In this document: in pieces, positions 26,123-40,999 of the stretch | How positions within the stretch are numbered: position 1 is the first letter of the stretch | Layout of the letters: each line of letters begins with the position of its first letter | Source: Malacoraja senta | Lineage: Eukaryota | DNA length: 64,000 bases | Direction of reading: 5' to 3' | Assembly (NCBI GenBank): GCA_038087875.1 | Contig: CM075995.1 | Span: 4,962,001-5,026,000 of the forward strand | Notes under the pieces: generated by a model | The model's input: the letters and a program-made list of their open reading frames with translations, nothing else | What the model was told of the DNA's origin: nothing | Databases searched by the model: none | Translations under genes and position numbers: made by a program

Positions 26123-26994
26123 TACAGACAGCACCCGTGGTCGGAATCGAACTCATGTCTCCAGGGCTGCATGCGCTGTAAGGCAGCAACTCTACCGCTA
26201 TGCTGCCGTGCCGCCTATCTGAAGTAAATTGGAGCAATAAGTTCAAAACCCATGCACGGGTTGGTGTGACAGTTTACTGTTAGTTCACCCAGGTTTAATG
26301 GACCACTGCCTAGAAATTCTGAGGATTCAATTTAGCAACATGACTTAAGTAAGCAAGAAACTGAAGGAAGAGTGCAAGCATTAAATAGCGTTATACAGCA
26401 CAGAAACAGGCCCTTCGGCCCAACATGCCCATGCCGACCAAGATACCCCATCCACACTCAGGGTCCCGATCTGAAATGTCATCCATCCTTTATTCCAGGG
26501 ATGATGCTGCCTGACCCACTGAGTTACCCAAGCACTTTGTGTCTATCCCTCTCAACATTTTCTGTCCATGTAGCTGTTTAAATGTCTTTTAAATGCTATT
26601 ACAATACAATACAATACAATACAATACGGTTTTATTCGTCACATTGCACATAAAGTACAAGTGAAATGAATTTTATGGTATCAATTTCCTCCACTAGCTG
26701 CTCATTCCATACACCCACCACCATCGATGTGAAAATTGGTATCCCTCAGATTCCTATAAAATCTTTCCCCTCTCACCTGAAACCTATGTCCTATCGTTCT
26801 TGATTCCGCTATACTGCATCTACTCTATCTATTCCTCTCATGATTTTATACACCAATATAAGATCATCCCTCAGCCTCCTGCACTCGAAGGAATAAAGTC
26901 CTAGCATGCCCACCCTCTTCCCTCTGGCCCTCAAGTCCTGGCAACATCCTCGTAAATGGGGTTGTATCTGATGCTGAAAGTTTGGAAACTCTTT

Positions 26995-27248
26995 TTCGAG
27001 CTTCTGTTCGCATCCGTATATCCCTTCGTTATCACCTCTTCCACAGCCAACAATGGACCATTGTGAGCTCCACTTCTCCTTGGTCAATGGTGCCGGCTCT
27101 GATTTGTTCTGTATCTTGTCATACCTCGAGCTTCCCTCCCCCCTGACTCTCAACCTGAAGAAGGATTTCGACCTGAAACGTCTCCTATTCCATTTCTCGC
27201 GATGCGCTGCTGGACCCGCTGAGTTACTCCAGAATTTTGTGTCTATCT
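26995..27248 (+). mobile_element. Penelope 3' tail with hammerhead-like motif (27155-27182)
   Basis: ctgaagaaggatttcgacctgaaacgtc..gatgcgctgctggacccgctgagttactccag. Confidence 0.7.
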
Positions 27249-27274
27249 GTACTGTTCTATGTGTTATCTTCGAG

Positions 27275-29600
27275 TATGTCCACAGACTCACTAGTGGTTG
27301 ATCACTTGTCAAGTTTTCCTTGCAGATGTCATATGCACGTTGCTGTTCCTTTCCCACGTCCATTTCGCATCTTTTTGTAAGAGATGGTGAAGTGGCTTTA
27401 GCACAGTTGCTAAATCTGGAAGGAATCGTGCATAGAACTGCACCATCCCAAGGAATGATCGTAGCTCTGACACATTGTTGGGTTTTGGAGCATTCACTAT
27501 TGCTTCCACTTTCGCCTTCACAGGGCGAAGTCCGTTGGCGTCTACTTTGAGTCCAAGTAGACCACCTCTGACTGTGCTAATGCACATTTACTTTGTCGCA
27601 GTTTGACATTGTGGCAGTTCAGTCGTGTGAGAACTTGCTCAAGGATTTCCAGATGTTCTACCATGTCTCTGGGGATATGAGTAGGTCATCCTGGTTGCAC
27701 ACACAGTGTGGAATGCCTTGTAACATTTTGTCCATGACAGACTGGAAGATTTTTGGGGAGGATTTCACACCATAGGGTAGCTTTGTATATGAATACAAGC
27801 CATTATGTGTGTTGATAGTCAAGTACCGCTGACTTCCTTGTCGACATTGAGTTGGGCGTAAGCATGAGACAAATCCAGTTTAGTGAAGACTCTTGCTCCG
27901 CTAAGTTCTGCGTACAGATCTTGTGAGGTTGGTAACGGATATTGTTCGTCATCAACGGCTTGGTTGATTGTGACTTTGTAGTCACCGCATAGTCTAACAG
28001 TTTTGTCGGCTTGGGTACGGCCACAATTGGCGTTGCCCAGTTACTCTGGTCTGTCTTCACGAGTATTCCATTCCGCTCTAACCTGTTGAGTTCCACCTCC
28101 ACTTATTGCTTTAGTGCATATTGTACAGGTCTTGGTCGACAATACACAGGTCTCATATTCTTGCTTAAGTTGAATGTGTGCAGAGTACCCTGTTATTCCC
28201 GTGTAACTGTCAGCAAAAATTTCTGCATGTTAGCTTATGACGTTTTCAAGACATGATTTGGACAAATCGATGCTGAAAAGTTTCTTCCAGTCTAACTATT
28301 CTACTCAGCCAATCCTTTCCAAGGAGGGTTGGTTTATTTCTGTAGCTGGCCACTATGATGGGCAGTGTTACTGACTGACCACTATGCTGAACTTTACAGT
28401 TCATTTGTCCGCATGTCTGCAAAACTTCGCCTGAGTAGGTTCTCAGCTTGATCTTACTCTCAAACAATGGTGTCTGTGGGAACTTTGTGTCAATACACGG
28501 ATCGATTAACTGTTCATTAATCAATAGTTTAGTTTGAAAGTCCTTGCCTTAGCTTATCAATGTTGGTTGCATAAATGGTGTACAACCCAAGTTCATTTCC
28601 ATCTAGCGTTCGTCTCCAAGTTGTGAACTCCTTTCTGATGTTGTCGTTTGTTTTCCGCAGATTGTTGGTTTCCTGCTTTAAGCTTGGCCCGACATGCTGA
28701 GGCGATATGGCCTTTCTTCTGGCAGTTATAGCACTTGGCCATTTTTGAACTGACAAAATTGGGATGAGTGATTACCTTTGCAACGTTAACAACTGGCTGA
28801 ACTCGGCTCCCTGCCATACTTTGGTTTTGGTTTAACGCCTCTTGGTTTGGCCATGGGCACTGCCTTGTGACTGTAAACGGCCACTACACTCTGTGGTGGA
28901 CGAAACTCGCGAGCATTCTTTGATGCCATCTCCAGTGTGGTAGCAATCTTGCATGCTTTCTCAAATGTAAGATCTGGAGTGTTCTTGAGTTTGGACTGAA
29001 TTCATTCATCCACTAGATTCATCCACTAGACCACAAACAAACCTGTCGTGTAGTGCGCGTCCGAGAAAGGTTCCAAAGTTACAGTGCGAAGTTAAGTTTT
29101 TCAAGGCAACAATCTACTGATTGATTGCCTCATTCTGCTTCTGGTTTCAAGTGCCAAATTTATAGCTTTCTGCAATTTCCAGAGGCTTTGGGTTGATGTG
29201 TTCCTCCAACTTCTGCATAATGTTATTGAATGGCACGTCTTTTGCCTTTATGGGCGCAAGGAGATTCACGAGTGTGCCGTACACTTCAGGACCGATCTCT
29301 GTGAGCAGAATCGCTTTCATGCGTTCGCAAACGGCCTTATTTGTTTCCGTCACTACCTCTCCTTCACCGCTAATCTCAATTATGTTGTTTGATGTGAACA
29401 AACATGTTCGATCTCTCCATATAGGAGCTGAACGGCTCTCTACTCTTGTCGAAAGTGGCAAGGTTTCCGATGTGGCCCGTGGATGCCGCCATCGTATCAT
29501 TCTCTTTTTTTTTAAAGTCCGTTCAAAAAACCTGATTTTCTGTCTGTTCTGGTGTAACAATTCACCTAAAACTTAGCTGCACAAAGACTATTCAGCTTGA
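27275..29600 (-). mobile_element. Decayed Gypsy (Mag-like) LTR retrotransposon: gag-protease-RT, truncated before RNase H and integrase
   Basis: Gag KAILLTEIGPEVY..PLEIAESYKF; zinc knuckle CYNCQKKGHIASAC; protease region KLRTYSGEVL..LLGKDWL; RT NWATPIVAVPK; connection SELRSFLGMVQFYARFLPDLATVLKPLHHLL. Many frameshifts. Confidence 0.9.
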
Positions 29601-29878
29601 GGAACTCAACAACATAACAGTCTAAAATCCTATACAATCCCAAGGATGGCATCTTGCCACGTAGAACACAACATAGAGATATCCTGACAAACTCTCGACG
29701 ATTTGTGCAGCTGCTGTTTTAAACTACAGTCCCCTTCATAGAAGGATCTGCAGTCTATCGTGTCCAGCTCGCAAATAACTGCGACATAACTCTGTATTTG
29801 CTGTTTAAAATGTTAAACAATACTGCATGTTGCAAAACAGTCCTATGCTGTATTTAAAGGATGAGTTCACAAACTATA

Positions 29879-30189
<311 letters not shown>

Positions 30190-31119
30190 CTCTGAAGGTG
30201 TGAAAATAGGACAAATGGAATGTAGATCAAGGAAATTGTAGAATAGATCATTGTTAGCTGGGAGAAGTAACAACAAAGCAAACAGAGATAAAATGTAGTC
30301 AGAGACAGTAAGACCGGTCGGACAACTGGGAAGGAGGAGAGGGGATGGAAAGAGAAGGAAAGCAAGGGTTACTTGTCGTAAGGAATCAGTTGCCCTCCTT
30401 CTGCTCCAAGCAATTTCTTTGTAATCTGTATTTTGAAGTCTGGATTAAGGTGATAATCTTCTGCATGAAACCATAGCTGTTGTCCTCAGGTGACATTCTG
30501 CTTTTTAACCAAGATATTTGTAGGTTGAGATAAAAATAGAATGTTAGCCTGAGGATTATGTACCATAATCGAAAAATGCCTCTGAAAGCCCTTAACAAAT
30601 TAAAGCCTTTGATGTGAGTGTGTACATTTTTAGCTCAAAGCTTGGATGTTTATGGAAAAAGTATGCATGTTTTTTCAATAAATGGGCCAGTGGTAGTGAG
30701 AAACTGCCAGTTAATAGTGTATAATAATAATAAGATAGACCCTCGGACTATCTTTAATCAGACTTTACTGGACATAATCCTGCACTAAACGTTATTCCCT
30801 TTCTCAAGTATCTGTAAACTGCGGATGGCTCGATTGTAATCATGTATTGTCTTTCTGCTGACTGGTTAGCATGCAACAAAAGCTTTTCATTGTACCTCGG
30901 TACACGTCACAATAAACTGAACTAAACCAACTAAACTAAACTAAATTAAGAACATTTCAGTTGTTTACAGGCCTTATAACTGAACTGGTGCAGCATGTAA
31001 ATGATACTGGGCATCCGAGCAATAATACGCTCTATTTAAAGAGCTACTACAAGAAATAAACAAGGACACCCGAGATATCCTCGTTCTTTAGTAGTCGTGG
31101 TTTCCCCCCTGCTGTCATT

Positions 31120-34100
31120 ACATAGAAACATAGAAACATAGAAAATAGGTGCAAGAGGAGGCCATTCGGCCCTTCAAGCCAGCACCGCCATTCATTGTGA
31201 TCATGGCTGATCGTCCCCTATCAATAACCCGTGCCTGCCTTTTCCCCATATCCCTTGACTCCACTCGCCCCTAGAGCTCTATCTAACTCTCTCTTAAATC
31301 CATCCAGTGACTTGGCCTCCACTGCCCTCTGTTCACAACTCTCTGGGTGGAAAAGTTTTTTCTCACCTCAGTCTTAAATGACCTCCCCTTTATTCTAAGA
31401 CTGTGGCCCCTGGTTCTGGACTCGCCCAACATTGGGAACATTTTTCCTGCATCTAGCTTGTCCAGTCCTTTTATAATTTTATATGTTTCTATAAGATCCC
31501 CCTCATCCTTCTAAACTTCAGTGAAAACAAGCCTAGTCTTTTCAATCTTTCCTCATATGACAGTCCCGCCATCCCAGGGATCAATCTCGTGAACCCCATC
31601 TGCCTCAATCACAAGGATATCCTTCCTCAAATTAGGAGACCAAAACTGTACACAATACTCCAGATGTGGTCTCACCAGAGCCCTATACAACTGCAGAAGA
31701 ACCTCTTTACTCCTATACTGAAATCCTCTTGTTATGAAAGCCAACATTCCATTAGCTTTCTTCACTGCCTGCTGTACCTGTAAGCCAACTTTCAGTGACC
31801 GGTGTACAAGGACGCCCAGGTCTCGCTGCACCTCCCCTTTACCTAACCTAACCCCATTGAGATAATAATCTGCCCCCTTGTTTTTGCCGCCAAAGTGGAT
31901 AACCTCACATTTATCTATATTATACTGCATCTGCCACGCATCTGCCCACTCACTCAACCTGTCCAGGTCACCCTGCAACCTCCTAACATCCTCTTCACAG
32001 TTCACACTGCCACCCAGCTTTGTGTCATCCGTAAACTTACTAGTGTTGCTCCTAATTCCCTCTTCCAAATCATTAATATATATGGTAAACAGTTGCGGCC
32101 CCAACACCGCGCCTTGCTGCACTCACTCGCCACTGCCTGCCATTCTGAAAACGACCCGTTCACTCCTACTCTTTGCTTCCGGTCTGCCAACCAATTTTCT
32201 ATCCATGTCAACAGCCTACCCCCAATACAATGTGCTCTCATTTTAGTCACCATTCTCCCGTGTGGGACCTTATCAAAGGCTTTCTGAAAGTCTAGAGACA
32301 CTACATCCACTGGCTCCCCTTCATCCATTTTACTTGTCACATCCTCAAAAAATTCCAGAAGATTAGTCAAGCATGATTTCCCTTTCAAAATCCATGTTGA
32401 CTTGGACTAATTCTTTTACTGCTATCCAAATGCCCCATTATTACCTCTTTAATAATTGACTCCAGCATCTTTCCCACCACCGAAGTCAGGCTAACTGGTC
32501 TGTAATTCCCCGTTTTCTCTCTCGCTCCTTTCTTGAAAAGTGGGATAACATTAGCTATCCTCCAATCCACAGGAACTGATCCTGAATCTATTGAACATTG
32601 GAAAATGATCACCAATGCGTACACTATTTCTAGAGCCACCTCCCTGAGGACCCTGGGATGCAGACCATCAGGTCAAGGGGATTTATCATCCTTCAGTCCC
32701 ATTAGCCTACCCAATATTATTTCTCGCCCAATGAAAATTTCTTTCAGTTCCTCTACCCCCTTAGATCCTCTGTCCTCCAGTACATCTGGGAGATTGTTTG
32801 TGTCTTCCTTAGTGAAGACAGAGCCGAAGTACCTATTCAAGTCTTCTGCCATTTCCTTGTTGTCCATAATAATTTCACACGTGTCTGCCTTCAAGGGACC
32901 CACATTTGACTTTGCTACTCTTTTTCCCTTAACATATCTAAAGAAGCTTTTACTGTCCTTCTTTATATTCCTGGCCAGCTTCCCTTCGTACTTCATCTTT
33001 TCAGCCCGTATTGCCTGTTTTGTTTCCTTCAGTTGTCATATGAAAGTTTCCCAATCCTCTGGCTTCCGGCTACTCTTTGCTGTGTTAAAGGCCTGTCTCA
33101 CGGGTATGCGGTTACTGGCGGTTACTGGTGGTGAAGCAGGAAGTTGGGCCCGCCAGAGACTGCGGGGTCGGTCCCACGCACACCGCCGGGACCGTCCGGT
33201 GTTGGTCCCACGGTGCTCACAAAAAATCGACAACGTTCAAAAATGTTGTCCTACCGCACAGCCGCCGCCAGTGCGGCACGAGCACCGCCACAGCCGCCGC
33301 CAGTGCAGCACGAGCACCGTCACAGCCGCTGCCAGAGCGCCGTGAGCACCACTAGCACCGCCACAGCCGCCGCCAATGCAGCACGAGCACCGCCACAGCG
33401 CCGCGATCACCACTAGCACCGACTCAGCCTCGCGATCCGAAATGACGTCATCGCGTAGCCCGTCCGCGTTGCGCCATGTCGCCATCACCCGACGCCGCAC
33501 TCGTGGGACAGGCCGTGCGGTGATCACTCGGCCCCCGCGCGGCATCCGTGCGGCGCTCCCACGGCATACGCGCGGCGCTCTCGCGGTAGCCGCGCGGTCC
33601 CCGCTTCCGGCGACGCCGTGCTTCACCGCCAGTAACCGCCTGCCCGTGGGACAGGACCATTATACATCTTTTCTTTTCGTTTTATTCTATCCTTAACTTC
33701 TCTTGTCAGCCACGGTTGCCTCCTACTCCCCTTAGAATCTTTCTTCCTTTTTGGAATGAAATGAAATGATCATGCGTCTTCCGGATTATGCCCAGAAATT
33801 CCTGCCATTGCTGTTCCACCCGTCATTCCTGCTAGGATCTCTTTCCAGTCTACCTTGGCCAGCTCCCTTCTCATGCCTTCATAGTCCCCTTTGTTCAACT
33901 GCATCACTGCCACTTCCGATTTAACGTTCTCCTTCTCAAATTGCAGATTAAAACTAATCATATTATGATCACTACCTCCAAGCGGTTCCTTTACCTTGAG
34001 TTCTCTTATCATATCTGGTTCATTGGACAACACTAAATCCAGAATTGCCTTTTCTCTGGTCGGCTCCATTACAAGCTGCTCTAAGAATCCATCTCGGAGG

Positions 34101-34600
34101 CATTCTACAAACTCTCTTTCTTGGGGTCCTGAACCAACCTGATTTTCCCAGTCTACCTGCATATTGAAATCCCCCATCACCACAGTGGCATTACCTTTGT
34201 TACATGCCAGTTTTAACTCCTGCTGCAACTTACACCCAACATCCGGGCTACTATTTGGGGGTCTGTAGAGAACACTAATTAGTGTCTTCTTGCCTTTACA
34301 ATTCCTCAACTCAATCCACAGTGACTCTACCTCGTCAGTCCCTATGTCTTACCTCACAAGGGACTGAATTCCATCCCTCACCAGCAGAGCTACCTTCCCT
34401 CCTCTGCCCACCTGCCTGTCCTTTCTATAGGATGTATAACCCTGAATATTAAGTTCCCAGGCACGATCCTCCTGCAGCCACGTCTCAGTAATCCCCACAA
34501 TGTCATATCTACCAACCTCTAACTGAGCCTCAAGCTCATCTACTTTACTCTTATACTTCATGCATTCATATACAATACTTTTAATTCCTTACGCATCTCA
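31120..34600 (-). mobile_element. Long CR1 LINE covering nearly all of ORF2 (EN+RT), with frameshifts
   Basis: EN motifs YDIVGITETW, YRPP, MGDFN, SDHN; RT motifs NYRPVSLTS, DFQKAFDKV, KFTDDTK; (tagaaaca)n tail at 31120. Confidence 0.95.
33088..33659. mobile_element. PIF/Harbinger MITE inserted in CR1
   Basis: TIR aaggcctgtctcacggg / cccgtgggacaggacca; TTA duplicated at 33085-33087 and 33660-33662; internal (gcacgagcaccgccacagccgccgcca)n repeats. Confidence 0.88.
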
Positions 34601-34814
34601 CCTTTCACATCGATGCCTATTTCACTTGGCCATACTCTCCTATCCCTTTGTGAGCTTCCTTTCCCGTTAATTCTGGGGTCATTTAACCATCCCTTTTCTC
34701 TCTTTCCCTTTAACTCCATCCTCGACTATCCCATTTGACACCCCACCCCCCTTATTCAGTTTAATTTAGAGATACAGCACGGAAACAGTCCCTTTGGCCC
34801 ACCCATTCCTTGTC

Positions 34815-35318
34815 CAGCTATTGAAGGAGTGCAGCGTAGGTTCACCAGGTTAATTCCCGGGATGGCGGGACTGACGTATGACGAAAGAATGGGTTGACTG
34901 GGCTTGTGTTGGCTGGAATTTAGAAGGATGAGAGGACACCTCATAGAAACATTTAAAATTCTTAAGGATTGGACAGGCTAGATGCGGGAAAAATGTTCCC
35001 GATGTTAGGGAGTCCAGAACCAGGGGTCACATATTAAGAATAAGGGGTAGGCCATTCAGGACTGAGATGAGGAAAATTTCTTCACCCAGAGAGTTGTGAA
35101 TCTGTGGAATTCTCTGCCACAGAAGGCAGTGGAGTCCAATTCACTGGATGTTTTCAAGAGAGAGTTAGATTTAGCTCTTAAGGCTAAAGGAATTAAGGGA
35201 TATGGGGAAAAAACAGGAACGGGGTACTGATTTTAGATGATCAGCCATGATCATATTGAATGGCGGTGCTGGCTCGAAGGGCCGAATGGCCTACTCCTGC
35301 ACCTATTTTTCTATGTGT
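34815..35318 (+). mobile_element. CR1 LINE 3' fragment
   Basis: [16 protein letters not shown]..; 3' UTR gatcagccatgatcatattgaatggcggtgctggctcgaaggg. Confidence 0.9.
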
Positions 35319-35889
35319 CGACCAGCGATCCCCATACACTAACACTATACTACACACTGTGGACAATTTACAATTCTACCAAAGCCAATTAGCCTACAAA
35401 CCTGTATGTTCTTGGAGTGTGGGAGGAAACCGGGGCTCCCGGAGAAAACCCATGCAGGTCACATGGAGAACGTGCAGACAGCACCCGAGGTCAGGATCAT
35501 ACCTGGGTCTCTGGTGCTGTAAGGCAGCAACTCTATAGCTGTGCCACCGTGCCACCCGTCAGAGTGTGTGAAGCTACCTATGAGAATACAGGTGAGTGCT
35601 GGGGATGTGAGAGACTGACCAGGGCAGCCCCGTTGTGCCTCACGCGGCACCTCGCCAACTCTGCCATCCCACACTGGAGGCGGGCTGGGAGCCGCACTAC
35701 ACGGTGGAGCCGGAGTACCTCACTTAGCAATAGAAGACATTCTCATTTCGTTAGCCGCATCACCTCCGGTACTGAACCTCAGCACCGGGGCGTCTCTGCC
35801 TTCCCATGGGCAGACACACAAGCAGCGGCTTTCTGCCAAGCCACACGGCAAAGTTGCACAGATGCATGGATGGATGGATGCCTCGTCCC

Positions 35890-36755
35890 CATTCCCTCTG
35901 TGTCCCAGAGTTCTGCTCTCGCTCCCCCTACTCTCCCAGATAAACCAAGGACGGAGTTCCTAGGTCCTCACTTTTCGCCCCCCAGCCTCTGCATCCAAAA
36001 CGTCATCCTTCTACATCTCCGGTACCTCCAACGTGATCCCACCACCGGTCACAGCTTTCCACCCCCACCCCTTTCCGCCTTCTCTCCGCACTCCTTGGAT
36101 CACACATCCCTTCCCACCCAAACCACCCCAGCGAGACCAAGCGAAGACTTGGAGACCATTTCCCCGAACATTTGCGCTCCGTCTGCCAATGTCTGAAGGA
36201 TCTCCAGTTGCTAACCATTTTAACACCTGTTCCCATTCCCACACTGAATCTCTGTCCTTGGCCTCCTCCATTGCCAGAGTGAGGCCATATGCAAACTGGA
36301 GGAACAGCTCCTCAAATTCCACTTGGGCGTCTTACAACCCAACGGAATGAACCTTGAATTTTCCAATTTTAGATAACAAACTTTAAATAACAACTACCCC
36401 TTCCCCTCTCCCATCTTCCCCCCAAACCCTCCCCTTCTTCCCCCAAACCCCCCTCCTAGACTCATAACTAATTCACCCCTCCCACTCTCCTTCCACCTAC
36501 ATTCCTTCCTCTAGTTTCACAATTTGCAACTCTTTAATCATTTTATCTCACACCTATCTTTTCATCTCTGTCCTTTATACCTCACCTGTACCTCACCTGT
36601 GTTGGTTTATCACCTGCCAGGCTTTGTCCTGGCACTTCTCTCTTCCAGCTTTCTTCCCCCTCCACAATAAGTCTGAAGAAGGGTCCCATCCCGAAAGGTC
36701 ACCTGTCCATGTTCTCCAGAGATACTGCCTGACCCACTGAGCTACTCCAGCATGT
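35890..36755 (+). mobile_element. Penelope-like element remnant: GIY-YIG endonuclease C-terminus plus 3' tail with hammerhead-like motif (36673-36700)
   Basis: ETKRRLGDHFPEHLRSVC..PVANHFNTCSHSH..LLHCQSEAICKLEEQLLKFHLGVLQPNGMNLEFSNFR*; tail ctgaagaagggtcccatcccgaaaggtc. Confidence 0.88.
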
Positions 36756-36904
36756 TAATAGGTGTAAAATGCGCTGATGGAGAAAGAAACAGTAATAACA
36801 TTTAAAGAGATCTAGACAGGTACTTGAATGAGCAGGAATTATTGTAGGCAAGTAGGATTAGTGTAGATTGGCATGATGGTCGGCATAGACGTCGAGGGCC
36901 GAAG

Positions 36905-37110
36905 GTGTAGGAAGGAACTGCAGATGCTTGTTTAAATCGAAGGAAGACACAAAATGTTGGAGTAACTCAGCGGGACATGCAGCATCTCTGGAGAGAAGGA
37001 ATGGGTGACGTTTCAGGTCGAGACCCTTCTTCAGACTTCACCCATTCCTTCTCTCCAGAGATGCTGCCTGTCCCGCTGAGTTACTCCAGCATTTTGTGTC
37101 TACCTTCGAG
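36905..37110. mobile_element. Palindromic Penelope-tail element with minus-strand hammerhead-like motif (37007-37034) in its loop
   Basis: Roughly 70-bp near-perfect inverted arms flanking gtttcaggtcgagacccttcttcagac. Confidence 0.8.
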
Positions 37111-37924
37111 GGCCGAACAGCCTGTTTCAATGTTGTACACCTCTAGAACTTCTTTACCAAATAGTTGACATTTAAACTATAATAATCTATGATTTCCACA
37201 TCCCGATTGTGTTCAGAGTAACTGACAGTGAAAGATGCCAAAGAAGGCAACCGTGGGAACAGGCAGAGTTCAATCCTGACCTTGGCTGCTGTCTGTGTGG
37301 AGTTTTGTACGTTCTCCTTGTGACCATGTAGGTTTCCTCCTGGTGCTCAGATTCCTCTCACATCGCAAAGACGTGCGGGTTTGTAGGTTAGTTTGGCCAC
37401 TGTAAATTGTCCCTTGTGTGTATGGAGCGGATGTGAAAGTGGCATAACATAGAACCAGTGTGAACTAATTGGTGGTCGGCAAAACTCGGTGGGACGGAGG
37501 GCCTGTTTCCACGCTGTTTCTCGAAACTAAAGTTTTCTTTCCAGGCTTAAAAAGGGAAAGGAAGTTTTCTCTTTGGATGAATCTTGAGTGGGGTTAGAGT
37601 TTGAGGGTGTAATCCACATGGTGGATAACAAGGGCCTTGTTTCCAAAAGGAAAATCCACTCTCGAAATATCTCACAGCTCCAACTTTTATTGAGAGAGAG
37701 CAGCAAAATATTTAAAGCATTTTAGTTCTTATAATTGCTGGCATGCATTGTGTGCAGAGTGACTTAATCCTGCCCCCTGCTGCCATAGACTGAATGAGTT
37801 TAATAAAGAAGGCAGAGGGAAGGATTTATAACGGTAGGTTTCTGAATCAGTGAAGTTGAACACCTTAGTTGTGCCATATATTGGTATGGTATCTTAACAA
37901 AGCATTGGGTCTCGCTAATAGATT

Positions 37925-38200
37925 AGTTTAGTTTAGTTTAGAGATACAGCGTGGAAACAGACCTTTCAGCCCACCCACGCTGACCAGCGATCCCCGTACA
38001 TTAACATTTCACATTTATACCAAGCCAATTAACCTTCAATGCTGTACATCTTTGGAGTGTGGGAGGAAACCCGACAGCCCGGAGAAGACCCACGCAGGTC
38101 ACGGGGAGAACGTACAAACTCCATAGTCGTAGACAGGATCGAACCCGGGCCCCTGGTGCTATAAGGCAGCAAATCTACTGCTACGCCACTGTGCTGCCCT
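37925..38200 (-). mobile_element. HE1-type SINE (another + copy at ~37260-37530)
   Basis: Tail, V-domain and tRNA head present. Confidence 0.85.
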
Positions 38201-38433
38201 CATGGCAAGAAGTAGTCATTCTTTTAAATTGCTGAGCCTTCAGGTATGAACATGTGGCTTATTTTCTCTCCAGTTCTCGGGATGACTGAGCATGTCCAGT
38301 ATAACCAAACATATACAGTACAATATTATCACTCAACCCCTGCTCTCCAGAGATGCTGACTCAGCCGCTGAGGTACTCCAGCATTTTTGTGTCTACCTTC
38401 GATTTAAACCAGCATCTGCAGTTCTTTCTTACA

Positions 38434-38866
<433 letters not shown>

Positions 38867-39119
38867 ATTTTGTGTCTTTGGTGAATCTGTGGAATTCATT
38901 GCCACAGAAGGCTGTGGAGGCCGAATCAGTGGATATTTTTAAGGCAGAGATAGATAGATTCTTGATTAGTACGGAGTCAGGGGTTAAGGGGAGAAGGCAG
39001 GAGAATGGGGTTAGGAGGGAGAGATAGATCAGCCATGATTGAATGGCGGCCGAATGGCCTAATTCTGCTCCTATCACTTATGACCTTATGAACCCCAGCC
39101 AAAAACACCCCATCCTTTT

Positions 39120-40738
39120 TATTTTTATTTTTGTTTTTTATTTATTTTTTAGAAGTAAGTACAATAATGTGGCACCAAAGTACCTAATATTTATTGACAT
39201 ATTACATTTCATATACAATTTCTTATTTTTAATTTAATAATGAAGCAAAATAAGAAATTAAAGATTACAAAAGGAAAGATTGAGATGAAGTGTTGCGTGA
39301 GATAGCAAAATAGCCCTAGAAAAAAAAGAGGAGAAAAAAAGAAGAGGAGAAAGAAAGAAAAGAGAAACAAAAGAGAAAAGGAAAGGAGATTGGAAGCGAT
39401 AAGTCTATTTGATAATCCTACCCCCAGTCACCTATTTCTGAACCATTATATTTCTATGATTGTGTTGCACCATATGCTTGTAGAAAGTCGATAAAGGGAG
39501 ACCATATCAATAAGAAGAGGTCTACCTTACCTACTAGGAGTCGTATTTCTTCAAGATATGCCGTTTCTGACATATTTGAAATCCACATTTTCACCGTTGG
39601 TGTTGCCGAATTTTTCCAAAATTTAAGTATGAGTTTTTTTGCCATTATTAAACCGTAATTAAGTAAGGATTTTTGATACGTATTTAGCGTATTCCCATCT
39701 TCCATTGATCCAAAGATAATCAATTCTGTATTCGGTTCCAGTCTTCTATTAAATAATTTTGTAAAAATTTCAAATATTTCATTCCAGAAATTATGAAATT
39801 TTATACAGGAGACAAAAGAGCGTGTTATAGTGGCATTCTCAACTAAGCATTTATCACATATTGGTGAGATATTTGGATAAAATTTATTCAATCTAGTTTT
39901 CGAGTAATATAGTCTATGTAAAATTTTGAATTGGATTAAATTATGTTTTACATGAATCGAACATTTATGTATATATATCAAGTATTTTTCCCATGCTTCT
40001 TTCGCAATTTTATCTGTAATTCTTGTTCCCAATCTACTCTAATTGCCTCTGTCGATGAAGGTTCTATATTTAAAATAATATTATATAAGTATGATATTAA
40101 ATTGCTTTGCTTTAATATTCATCGCTTCTAGTGGATCTAAAGTTATATTTTGGTATCCTTGTATGTGTTGTTTCAAATAATCTCTGATTTCAAGGTATTT
40201 AAAGTATTGATTATTTTTCAAGTTGTATTTTAATTGTAGTTGTTGAAATGATAAAAAGATTCCCATTTCATACAAATCTCCAAAGCTTTTAATTCCTAAT
40301 CTTTCCCAAAAGGTATACGCTTTATCAATAATAGATGGTTTGAATGAGGGATTATTTACTATTGGAGTTAAAAGCGATAAATTTCTTACTTTCAAAGTTA
40401 GTTTTATTTGTTTCCAAATTCGAATTGTGTTGTGAATAATTGGGTTCTTCTTATATATTGTATTGTTTAATTTTATCGGGGAGAAGAGGATCGCTCCTAT
40501 ATTAAAAGGAGCGATCCTCTTCTCCATTCTTATCCATCCTACCTGTTGTGGAGAGCTGTCCAACCAATTAATTATGTTTTTAATGTGTACTGCCCAGTAG
40601 TAGAATAAAAAGTTTGGGAGTGTCAGTCCCCCAAGTTCTTTAGGTTTACACAAATGTTTTCTTTGGATTCTATGCGCTCTATAGTCCCATATGGAATTAG
40701 TAATACTAGAATCTAATTTTTTTAAGAAGTTTTTTGGT
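39120..40738 (-). mobile_element. L1-clade LINE copy C, 5'-truncated
   Basis: ORF2 C-terminus (LCKPKELGGLTLPNF..CDKC); A-rich tail; TSD caccccatcctttt at ~39106-39119 and 40739-40752. Confidence 0.93.
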
Positions 40739-40999
40739 CACCCCATCCTTTTAAAGAAAAATAAATTGCATGTTGTATCCCAAGTAGCTGACAAGCAGCC
40801 ATGCAATCTTCTCTGCACCCTTTCCAGCTTAAGATTCAGTTATACTAATTTGCAGCTGTATTCTTCAGTTTTTTGTTTATAAGAATCTCTGCTGGAGTAG
40901 TCATAGAAAATAGATCATAGAACAATACGGCACAGAAACAGGCCCTTCGGCCCAAAAGGCCTGACCGAACATGATTTCAAGTTATATTTATCTCTGCTT

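Noticed and set aside
29640..29665. Gypsy primer-binding site
   Set aside because: tggcaagatgccatcc (minus strand) is only loosely PBS-like and no LTR boundary could be defined.
30386..30598. Possible unannotated minus-strand terminal exon (..MSPEDNSYGFMQKIITLIQ..)
   Set aside because: No recognisable homology and no partner exons; cannot be supported.
32533..33696. 270-aa and overlapping GC-rich ORFs
   Set aside because: Antisense of CR1 running into a stop-poor MITE; no domain signature.
35417..36196. 259-aa ORF
   Set aside because: Chance read-through of an antisense SINE, unique sequence and out-of-frame Penelope sequence; no coherent protein.
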